The position numbers and the translations under genes are program-made. The notes beneath the pieces were generated by a model. That model ran no database searches. It was not told the origin of the DNA and was given only the letters and a program-made list of their open reading frames with translations. Shown here in pieces: positions 15,701-27,800 of a stretch of DNA of 64,000 nucleotides. The number at the start of each line of letters is the position of its first letter. The stretch's first letter is position 1. Location: assembly GCA_951406725.2 (NCBI GenBank), contig OX597817.1, forward strand, positions 66,774,001-66,838,000, written 5' to 3'. This DNA is from Octopus vulgaris (taxonomy: Eukaryota).

Positions 15701-18458
15701 TCAATTCTGAATCTTTTGTCCAGGAGCTTTATGGATTGAGTGGCTTGAATCACACATCACAGAATTGCTAGTCTTTCAAACTATGATTTCTTGATGAGAC
15801 ACTGATATGTAACAACTCACAAATAAATATCTCATGCAACATGCAAGCTTTAATTAAATCTACAAATTGCCAGAGTTTCTGCCGGTTACATGCTTTTGAC
15901 AACTCTCATAATTCTATTTGATTACTACAGCAGAAAGTGACAGCCATTACTTTCAACTACAAAAATTATGTAACTATCTTCAGCATCCCATTTGAAGATC
16001 ATTCCATCCCAAAGATCTGGAATGTAAATTTGCAAACACTACTTCTTTTGTTAGCTTGTCTTATACACTTTGTCTTCCCCTTCTTCATAAGTGAGCTTAA
16101 TTCACTAATATCACAGCTAGGATCTGATCTTATTTGAGTGGCAATCCAATTTAATAACTTGCCACACTACATTATCCAGTTTTTTTTAGTATTTGAAATT
16201 TGAACAGGAATAGGCTTCAAATCACCCTTCACATACCTGCCTTGGCTGACAAATACAATATCACCTTTTTGTTCAAAATCCAAATCAACATATTTGAACT
16301 TGGAGGATTCTTCTGAGTTCACAGTAAAGGTAGATTTAATGATGTTCATATAACATCCTCTCTACAAAAAAATTTTGAGTCTTCCTTGACAGCTGAATCA
16401 CAAAATGTGACTCTTTTTTTTTTTATGAGAAACAACAGAGAAAGAAGAGAGGCAGTAAATATATAAGTATCTGAATATACATGTGCATACAAAAAGGAAT
16501 CTTTGTTCTACTTACCACACCAGAGAAAATTGACACAGAACTGAATATCGTGCAGATATTCAACATCCTTTAAACAGATCCTGTGTTCTATTTTTAAACT
16601 TTCAGCATCCCATTTGAAGATCGTTCCATCCCAGCTGGCTGTAAACACCAATCTGAAATCACATAGGATAATAAATTTATAGTAAGTCATAATTATTGAC
16701 AGTATTCTCTCCCATCTCACTTTCTCAAGCTAACAACGAAGCCTCAATGTGGTCATTTGACCTGCTAAAAATAGCAATCAAATTAGTCACAAATCACATC
16801 CCACTGTGATACATTGGATTATTTGATCCAGACTTCCAGGTTAATAAAAATTTTTTTTTTAAATGAAAAAATCCCACCAGCAATAACAAGCTTAAAGAGA
16901 TTAAATCAAGAAACCAACACTAACCCTTTTCTTTCAGCTTCAATAATAGCAACAACTCTGTTATTGTGTTCTAGTAACTGGGTGACACATTTTATACTCT
17001 CTGATGAGATTATGTAAATATGGTAGCTTCCAGCCCAGATATTTCTGTTATCAGGTGAGTATAAACACATCTAGAAGATATTGAAGAAATATTTCAGAAT
17101 CATAGAGAAAATCATGTATTTAAATTGTGCATACTTAAAGAAATTACATATATTTATATAGTATATGGAAATCATATAAATTGTATGTAGTTAAATAAAC
17201 AGCATATTTAAAGTGCATATGGAAACAAATTATATATATTTAACCCTTTAGCATTCAGATTACTCTGCCAAAGGTGTAGGGTACATGTGAGAAGCAGGTT
17301 CTGGTTAGTTTGAAAGTAAAACAGGTAGAATATTTTGGCTGGATGTGGTCAGTTTAAATGCTAAAGGATTAAAATAAATCACATGTATTTCAATTATATA
17401 CACTTAAGTAATTTCAAAATATTTAAATTCTATATGGAAATATATAATATATATATTTTTTAAAATCACTTGTATTTAAAACTGCATACACTTAAATCAT
17501 ATATTTAAATAAGCACAAACATGGCTATAGGCACAAGTATGGCAGTGTTGTTAATAAGTTTACTTCCTGCTGATGTAATTTGGGGTTCAGTCCCACTGCA
17601 TGACATTGTAGGCAACTGTCTTCTGTAGTCAGAAGCTGACAAAAGCCTTGTAAGTGGATTTGGTAGATGGAAACTGAAAGAAATCAGTTATGTGCGTGTG
17701 TGTGTGTGTGTGTGTGTGTGCATGTATGCACATAGATGTGGGTGTAGTTAGTGAGTGATTGTGTTTCCTTGTCTTGACAATGCACAATAACTGTAAACAA
17801 GTGTCACTGTCAATTGATGTCCAGCCAGAGAAATATTGCTTTTCTTGGAAACAGGTGAGGGCTGGTGACTGGAGAGGCATCCAGCTGTAGAAAATCGTTT
17901 TCAATTAATTCTGTCTGACCCATGCAAGAATGGAAAAGTGTATGCTAGATAATGATGATGATGTATAAGGAAATAAATCATATATATTTAAATATATCCC
18001 TTACATTTAAATTATATATATTCACTTAAAATCATATCTTCTGCTGTCTTATAAAAAGAGGGATATATCATTCAATAATATAATCTAAGAAAACAAAAGA
18101 ACATTGTTGGCTACACCTAGAATTCTTTTCATTACAGGACTGCTTTATCAGGGTTGACCTAAACTAAAGCTCAAAGAAATCATCATCAACACTGCTGCTG
18201 TTGCTGTCATCATCATCATCGTTGTTGTTGTTATTATTATTATTTACTACATACACCTTTTCTACAGATCGGGCAGGGCCATCTACCTGAAGGGATTTGT
18301 GATTTGTCTGCCTTCCACCAGATAAGAGAATGGGGGACCCTGTCAAAGCGAATTTGGTAGGCACAAAATGTGTGGAAGCCTATTGCATCAAAATGTCTGT
18401 GTGTGTGTCCATGCATGTGTGTGTGTGCATGCATGTGTTGTGTGTATGTGTGTGCAGG

Positions 18459-18497
<39 letters not shown>

Positions 18498-18901
18498 ATT
18501 TGTGTTTGCCCCTCAGTAGGTGTTAGTTTGTTTATGCCACTGTAACTCAGAAGTTTGGCATAAGAGACTGATAGAATGAGCACCAAACTTAACAATAGTA
18601 CTAAGGTTGATATGATCGGCTAAACCCTTCAAGACAATGCTTCAGTGTGGTTGCAGTCCAGTGACTGAAACAAGTACAAAAATAACTGGGAAGAAAACCC
18701 ATGCTAGCGCGTTATGAATGTGTCATACATTTTCTTATACTTACCACATCACCAAGGGTTTTTATGAATGTGTTCTCCAGCTCCCAGACAATTGCATCAA
18801 AAACTCTCACTGTACCACCACTTAGTGAACACCACAGTTGGGCTCTTGATTCTGAAAGGTTTCCAAAATACAAAGAAATGTATTGCACAAGAAGTTCACA
18901 G

Positions 18902-18935
<34 letters not shown>

Positions 18936-21072
18936 ATGTGTGTGTGTATATATGTATATGTGAGACAAATAAAAGATAATATATATCACCATCATCATCA
19001 TCATCATTTAATGCCAGCATAGAGAGCTGATGTTAAATGATGATGATGACGATATATATATGTATTATGAAGGCAGCGAGCTGGCAGAGACGTTAGCATG
19101 CCGGGCAAATGCGTAGCCGTATTTCATCTGCCGTTACATTCTGAGTTCAAATTCCGCAGAGGTCGACTTTGCCTTTCATCTTTTTGGGGTCGATTAAATA
19201 AGTACCAGTTACGCACTGGGGTCGATATAATCGATTCAATCTGTTTGTCTGTCCTTGTTTGTCCTCTCTGTGTTTAGCCCCTTGTGGGTAGTAAAGAAAT
19301 ATATATATATTATCTTTTACTTGTTTTAGTCACACACACATACAACTTCTTAACCACACAAGCATGGCTGTGTGATTAAGAAATTTCCTTCCCAATTGTA
19401 TGGTTTTGGGTTCAATCTCACTGTGGGGCATTTTGGGCAAGTGTCTTCTACAATAACTCTGGGCAATTCAAAGTCTTGTGAGTTGTATTTCATAAATTAC
19501 TAGATATAGACTTAAAGCTTCTATCATACTAATTCAGGTGTTAAACTTTCATGGGCTAATTCAGTGAGTTGAAGAAATTTACCTCTACTCAGGTATAACA
19601 ATCTCAAAACATTCTGACCAACTTCTTCTTGACATGGGCTGATTTTCTTCTGCAAGAGTTCTCTCGTTGGTCCAGGCAGGGTTAGTTGGCCAAGGGAATG
19701 GAGATTAGAGAAATGACACATTTGACGTATCACATTGTCAATGTTAACGTTGCTCGCTGCCAGAGAATGTTGACAACTGTAAAGTTTGAAAAAAAAAAAC
19801 AACTGGTTACACAGGAAAGACAGAAAATATAGTGAGTTGGTTGAACTATGTGAAAACAATGGATGGGAGGCAATATATCTTCCTGTAGAGGCAGGAGTGA
19901 GAGGATTTGTTGGAACTGGGGTTTACTCAAAGCTCAGGTGTCTTTGATTTACTGTGAGGGAGAGAAAGATGTCAGAAAATTGTTAGATGTTGAGAAAGCA
20001 AATCATTGGCTATGGCTCAAGAAAAAGGATGAAAGAGGTGCAGTAGGAAGAAGCACTGAGGATGGTAGAAACATCTGGCCCAGTGTCACAACATCTGGCC
20101 CAACAAAGCTTATACCGTGGTGTGGCAGTCTTGTTGTCTACATTGATGGGTGGCCCCAGGTAGCTCTGGTGGGGGCTAAGACACCTACACAACTGCAGCT
20201 GCTTCACCACCTGATGAGACTTTGACCCCTGCATTCAGAGAGAGTACAGCAGGGCGCTCAGCATGTGCACACACACACACACACACACATTTGTTTATTT
20301 CTTTCATGTGCTTAGTCCTCTTTGGACCTTTTTTTCCCTGCCAACTGGTATACTGCCATAAGAGTAATAAACTAAAGAGATGAACAATTTCTAAAGAACT
20401 TCCCAAGACAATATGCATAGAGTAGGTTCTCAACTCATAAGGTCACATTTTCTTATTGTTACTACGGAAATTCTTCAATGTAACCAAAATGGTGTTTTCC
20501 TTATTTTGCAATAGTAAGCTGTATAGAAAATTGGATTTTTAAATGATGAAATGATAATGGTGATAGTGATAGCAGTGGTGCTGGTGCCACTATCATCACT
20601 ATCAGCATTGTCATTTCATCATGTAAATATCCAATTTCCCATGCATCTTACTATTGCAAAATAAGGAAAACACCATATTTGTTACAATGAATCAATATCA
20701 TTGAAGAGTTTCCATAATAACAATAAATAAATGTAACTGTTTCGCTCCAATCCCCGCACCCTCCAAAAGCCAGAAAACAAAGTAGAATTACTTTTTATTA
20801 CCTGAATATTGCCAAGAGTGCACAGGCTGTTTCTGCACCAGATATAATTGCTGTATCATCCTTGTGATCTTTAGAATATAACTTGGCTGCCCACACTTCA
20901 GATAACATCAAGTACCAGATATCACGTTCTTTTTTTAACCAAGCACTGAAAGTCTTCTTTTCTGAACAACATACAAAACCAATTATGGTTAATTAGAAAG
21001 TTAAATGCTGATTTATTTGGTTAGTTGGTAAGTTAATTTGTTAGAGAATTTGATGAACATTTTGATACATAT

Positions 21073-21104
<32 letters not shown>

Positions 21105-24100
21105 GGTTTATCATCGCTCCTACCATTGCCATCATCACCATCAAACATTTGTGTTCCAACAAGTCTGAGGGCTGTATCATGCTCCAATGTCTGCTTTAGC
21201 ATGGTGTCTACAGTTGAATCTTCTTCCTAATGCCAACCATTTTACAGTGTGTACTGAGCATATTTTTTTTTCATGGCACCAGTACTGGTGAAGTTGCCAT
21301 GTGGATTGAAAGTCTAAGATCCCTTCAACTGAGTGGGACTACAGTAAAGAGGCTTATATTAGAAGATGAAGGGTCAAAGTATGAGAGAAGGAGCAGAAGA
21401 AAACAGGATTCTCATCAAGAATCAAGACAGAAAGACTATTGTGAATACTAAAACGTTTTCTAGTGAAGAATGCACTCCACAGCATAAATTAGTGGCTAGG
21501 AGAATGAAAACATGTCAGAGCCAGGTAGACACAAAAACAGAAGACAATATAGAGAAGGGACATATGGAAACTAAAATATTTCACAGTTGAAAATAGGTTT
21601 AGAAAAATTCTAATTGATACCTATGACTGTAGGGAGAACGATTAAGAAACCTATAGCATATATATATATATATATTGAGTCAAGTAAAGTCATTGTCATG
21701 GCCAATGCCAGTACTGCCTGACTGGCACCTATGCCAGTGCCACCTTACTGGTCCCATGCTGGTGGCATGTAAAAAGCACCATTTGAGCATGGTCATTGTC
21801 AGTACCTCCTGACTGGCTCCTGTGCTGGTGGCATGTAAAAAGTACCATTCAACTATAGTTGATGCCAGTACCAGCAACTTAACAAAACTTAAACATGAAT
21901 ATTTATAGAACACAAATTGTATTTACCGGCAAAATAAATAACCAAACCATCAATTTGAGTAAAAGCTGACTGTTTAGATTTTTTCTCAATCTTATCAATT
22001 AATTGAATACGGAGGACCACCAGTGGTTTCTTGGAACCCAGTTTAATGAATAATAACCTGCAATTATGGTAATAGATTTATTAATTTAATAAATGCATGT
22101 AAATACATAATATAAACAATAGTAAAGACTTGCAGTTGTTGATGTTTAGCCCTAAATATACTCTGATCAAACTGACTTATTTTTATTTTTAGACAGAACG
22201 TGTTTATTTGTGAATAGTGCATATCTTTTTTTACAGTGTTTTAAACTTAAAAATAAGGGTGCATACTATATATAAAAATTCAATGTATCCATCACTTTTC
22301 AATCGTATTGCTATATTTGGGATGGTGTGACCAGAAGCAAATTAGTTATCTCTATTACCCAAGCTAATTGATGTGTAATGAAGAATTAAGATCATTATAA
22401 TAATGTTGCATCTTTCTATATTAAATGTTTAGCATAACAAACTGATGTCCCAAGTGATTCTGCTGTCAATAACCAAAAATATTACTTGATTTATTCAATG
22501 TGAAAATTAAATCAGTTAATCAACCAATAAGGATAATAATCACTAAGGTTGCAACTGTGAGAAGATTGGGGGCTTACTAAAAATCACACCCCATTTTCTT
22601 AAAAAAAAAGGGCCAAGGATACACTATGTCTAAATAAAAAGTAATGGTGATCACGACTGGAACATATTTGATAATAGGTTTATATAAGAGATAACCCAGG
22701 GTTAAAGAACAATAACAACAGTATCAGTTCAATTACAAGTGATCATTGCTGGTTAACAACAAAAACAACAACAGTGACAATAATAACAAAAATAAGGCTT
22801 ATAAAAAGCTCGCATACCTTCGGTTGGTAAGTACTAAATATCCCATTCCATTACTGGTCAAAATGAGAGATGACACTGCTATAATCCATTCGATAAAGGT
22901 CAGCTCTTTTTTGATGGCTGGTAGGCGGGAGAAGTGTTCCTGGTTCTTCTGCCAGGATTCCAGGAAAAGGGACAAAGATTTGGGGCTTATACCTGACAAA
23001 AGATATTGAAGATGAATCACAATAAATATAAACATGTATGTATAGACATATACATACAAACAAAGATAGTTAAAAATAAGAAATTGAACATTAATTCAAC
23101 TTACAAGTCTGTTTTTGAAGTTTACAGAGTACGGTGAACAAGTTGTTCTTCATATTATAGCAATGACACACATCTAAGATATGTAGCAGTTGCAGGAATT
23201 CTCCTAATTCTGCCAAAACAAATATACACATAAAAATAAAGAAGCATAGAAATTTTACAAAAAGAAAAAAAAAATGAAAAGTTTGGAGTAAGTTCTAGAC
23301 AATTTAATTGAGCCTAATATGTGACTGATATTTATATATTTTATGAACCCCACAAGGCTGAAAGGCAAAGATGACCTCAGTATGATTTGAACTCACTCTC
23401 TCACTTTAATAACTTTGCCAATTCTTCAACATTTCCGTAGCCATAGGGTTGATAAAAGAAATACTAATCAAGTACTGAGATTAACTTATGAACCAATGAC
23501 AAAGCCTTTATGAATGTGCATGTGCCAATGTTTATTACACACATCTCTAACTCTATATTTTATATTACTACTTTTTTCTTTACTTTCCCCTCTAAGTATG
23601 AATAGCATTCCTGATTATTTACTATATATAATAGCCTTATTCAAGTGTAAATTTTGTATTATTTGATTTTCTGTCTGATGAATTTCTTATAAGAGATATC
23701 TTACATGTTTTTCCTACATTTGTAACTCCTATTAGCAAATGAAACACATGCAATAGTGAATAATAATACCAAAACTTGCTTCCAATCTCCTGTTTTGATA
23801 TATATATATATATATATAAATAGGTGAATGAATTATCCTATGTTTATCGTCAGCATGGAAAATTCGTTGAACCGAAACCAGGGTAGCAAATATGGAAGAG
23901 TTCAGAGTTGCAAATGTTACAAAATCTCCTGCCCTTATCAAAAGGAAAGGATACAGACAGTATGAACCAATCTAACTTGAAATTTATATTGTTGTCTTTA
24001 AGACGCCAAACTAATTTACTTAGCCCTGTACTACGTCGTTTTTTACTATCCCTGAATGTTGAATAATGGTTTGAAATTCTCTTGGATAACTGGGAAGTGG

Positions 24101-24844
24101 ACGCTCCTATATAGAAGAAGACATCGGTACCGGAAGAAATTCTACACTGGTAAATAGAATTCTTAATCTTAGAATTACTAGACAAAAATTTAATTCTGTT
24201 GGGGTTGTCCTCCGAGATCGAAACAAAGTTTTTATTGCTATGACTGTTGTTACTATTATTATTGGCACCAACAACTACACTATTCCTATTATTATTAGTA
24301 TTATTAATGGTAATACAACCAGTAATACCACCAACGATAATACCGTTATTGTTATTACCATCAACATTACCATTGTTATTAACACAACTAATACTATTAT
24401 TAATATTATCATTGTTAACACTATCGCTGCTACCAATGCTATTACTATTAATACTATTCCTATTATTATGATTGTATGATGGGTTGGAATTAGCAAGATT
24501 AGTGTTGGCACTCCCAGGTGAAGAATCTTTGTTTAGCAGCTTGGTATTGTGAGAAGATATAATTTGTGAAAGATTTCTAGTGTTAGAGAAAGCGATTCTA
24601 ACTATGTGGGAATTGATAATAGAATGATATCTAGAATTTCTGGGAAAGTTCCTTAATAAATTAAATTAAAACATCGAAATTTTTGTTTGTCTTGTTGTCG
24701 AGAGAGGCTCCCTTTCTTTCCTGATGAGAAGATTGCATAATGCACCCTTTATTCCTTTGGAATGAAACTATGTTGTCTTTGAAACATATGTCGAGAGTAA
24801 AGGAATTTTGTTAACATCTTCGTTCGACTCCATTCTTTCATTTA

Positions 24845-24883
<39 letters not shown>

Positions 24884-27800
24884 GTAATATGTGACAATTA
24901 TTCAGTAACCATGATAAAACTCAGAGTTTCGGATAATTGTCACATATTACATTTACAGATAACTTCCTCTATTTACATAATATCGAGGTCTCTTTCATTC
25001 TTTTGTTGTCTTACAATTTTTATCAATATATATATATATATATATATGATAGTATGCAAAAAAGGTACATAAATAACCAAATGTACAGAGAAAAAATGAT
25101 GGATTGATAGTTAGATGGATGGTAGAATGGACAGATTGGAAGGACAAATGGATGGATTGATGATGGGCAGATAGTGAGATGGAAAGATGGACAGGTGGAT
25201 GGGCAGATGGTTGTATAGATAAACAAACAGATAGACAGATATGTAGATGAGTTGATGTAGAAAATTACAGGAAGGAAAATAGAAAAATATATTACGAATA
25301 TCATGATTTGGTAATTTCAGTGTATTTAAAGATTTTCCATAAGATCTTTGACGATCAGATTCATCCATGTTTGATATTCCATAATCTCTCAGCAAGCGGT
25401 GGTAATCATCATTGCGCTTGTGTTGTGGTATTTTTCTGGACACTTCTTTTATGAGTCTAAGAAATGAAATTAAACAGATAAAATGAAGAAAGATATTTGT
25501 CTACAAATAAAACTTATAACCTCCCAGAGAAAAAATAAGAAAAGGGACTCAAATATCAAACAGGATTAGGCAAAGAATTGTATTTTCTGCTTTCTCATTC
25601 ATATTTGGAAGTTGGTGCTTGTGTTGTTTAGCCTCAAGTCATCCTTGATCTGTGATCAAAAAAATTCCAACAGAGATCAGTCTGTCTTTTAAGATGCAGT
25701 TTTATCTCAGATTATATTACCCAAAGTATGCTTTTTAGTCTTTTAAAAAATGGCAGTGAGTTGAAGGATATTTAGCTGCTATTTTTACCAGGTCACACAT
25801 CTGTGCAGAGTCTCTGTTGGAACATGTCTGGCCATGGGGAAATAGTGGATGGAAATTGAAAGAAACATGTCATGTTGTGTGTGTATGTGTGTGTTCATAT
25901 GTATGTGTGCTTTCTTGTTTCAATATTGTTTGATGGTGTCATCATTAGACATGTGATATCATCCATTTCTAATCTTCCATAAAACATGTCTATCCAAGAG
26001 GAAATATTACCTTGCTTGGCAACATATGAAGATTGGCAATAAGAAGGGCACCCAATTGTAGAAAATAAATCTGCCTCAATGAATTCTGTCTGACCCATGC
26101 AAACACAAAAAAAGTAGATATTGAAACAATGATAATGATCATGATGACTTCAAAGCATAGTATAGTGATACAAAGATAGCTCACTTCCTGAAAGTTGCCT
26201 AATCCTTTGTTGTCAAAGTTCAAAAGGTGCTGGAAGCTGCTGGTGGGGATCTAACATCAACAGCTAAATGTAAAACAAATGCACCTGGTCCTAATACTAT
26301 CAGAACACATAACTTTGTCCAAGAAGTTCAAGAAATAGTTGGTAAAAACCCTGGAAAGTCAATCAGAGCCATTATAAAGGATGTCAAGGTTTCAAAATGC
26401 ACCATTGTAAGAGATGTGCATGAGGGCATATGGTACAAGCTGTATGTGTTGCAGAGGGGTCAGTTTATGTCAAATGTGATTAGAGAGAATTATTCAGTCC
26501 ATGCAAAATGCTTGCTAAACAAGTTAAAATACCACAATGCTGAAATGCTTTGGTTTTTCTTCAATGAGAAAAACTTAGATCAGGATTAATATATAAACTG
26601 AAAGAATGACAGATGGTCATGCAGAGATCTGAATGAGGTTCTAACAGTCATGCACAATAAGTTCCCAGCAACTGTGATGATTCTGGGAGATATCAACAAC
26701 AAGGAAGATGCCATGACTCTTCACTTTTTTCACAGGGCTCAAGAGTCAATTCACTTTCAGCACCACAGTATCCCAATCTTTTCTGCCTCAAGGCACCCTT
26801 GTCAAGCCTTTCAGAAATCTACAGCACCCCTATTAGAAAATCTAATATGACAGTTGCTTTTTGATTCAGCATCAATATAACAAAACTTTGTCCCTGGATA
26901 ATAACATCTGTGTCAGAAAACTATATCCTTGGAATTGATAAAAAAAAAAATTTTTCTTTATTTCACCAATGTTGATATAATAAACATAAAATAGATGACA
27001 ATACAAAAATGTAATTGACAAAAATATCAAATATAAGATGACAATAATATTTATTGTTAAAATAATATCAAAATGTATTTTTGGCTCTAAATGATCAATC
27101 ATGATACCACATATGTATGTATATTTTGCGGCATCCCTCAGTTGATACTGCGGCACATCAGAGTTCTGTGACACACTAGATGGGAACCTGTGCTCTACAT
27201 AGAGGTGTTGGAGAAAGTCGGGAGGCCCTACATAGACAGAGTATGCAACAAAAGACTGTATGTTTGTTTGTTCCTTTTCGAGCTATCCCTGGCTCATAAG
27301 GGCCGGTTTCCCGGTTTCCTTGGCATATAGGTTCCCCATCTGGACGGGATGCCGGTCCGTCGCAGGTGAACTGAGAGATGCATGAGGGAAGAGTGAGAGA
27401 AAGTTGTGGCGAAAGAGTCAGCAGAAGTTTGCCATTACCTTCTGCCGGAGCCACGTGGAGCTTAGGTGATTCGCTCATAAACACACGCATTGCCTGATCT
27501 GAGATTCAAACCCTCGATCCCTTGATTGCGAGTCCACTGCTCTAACCACTAGACCATGTACCTCCACAAAAGACTGCATGTCTTCCAACAAGACTCTGCA
27601 CCATCTCATAAGACTAAGGCAATCCAAGTGTGGATGCATGCAAATCTTCATGATCGTGTTCTCTCAGGCATATGACTTCTTAGCTCACCAGATCTCAGTC
27701 CACGGACCTATTACATATGAGGCATAGTTGAGACACCATACAGTCTCTCAAGTTTGCTACAACCAGCACAATGTTCAAAATTGATAAAGATCATCTGATT

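Noticed and set aside
19528-19582. Donor-like GTATGA at 19528-19529 extending exon w16
   Set aside because: It is phase 0 with no phase-0 acceptor at exon w17; the donor at 19581-19582 restores the frame.
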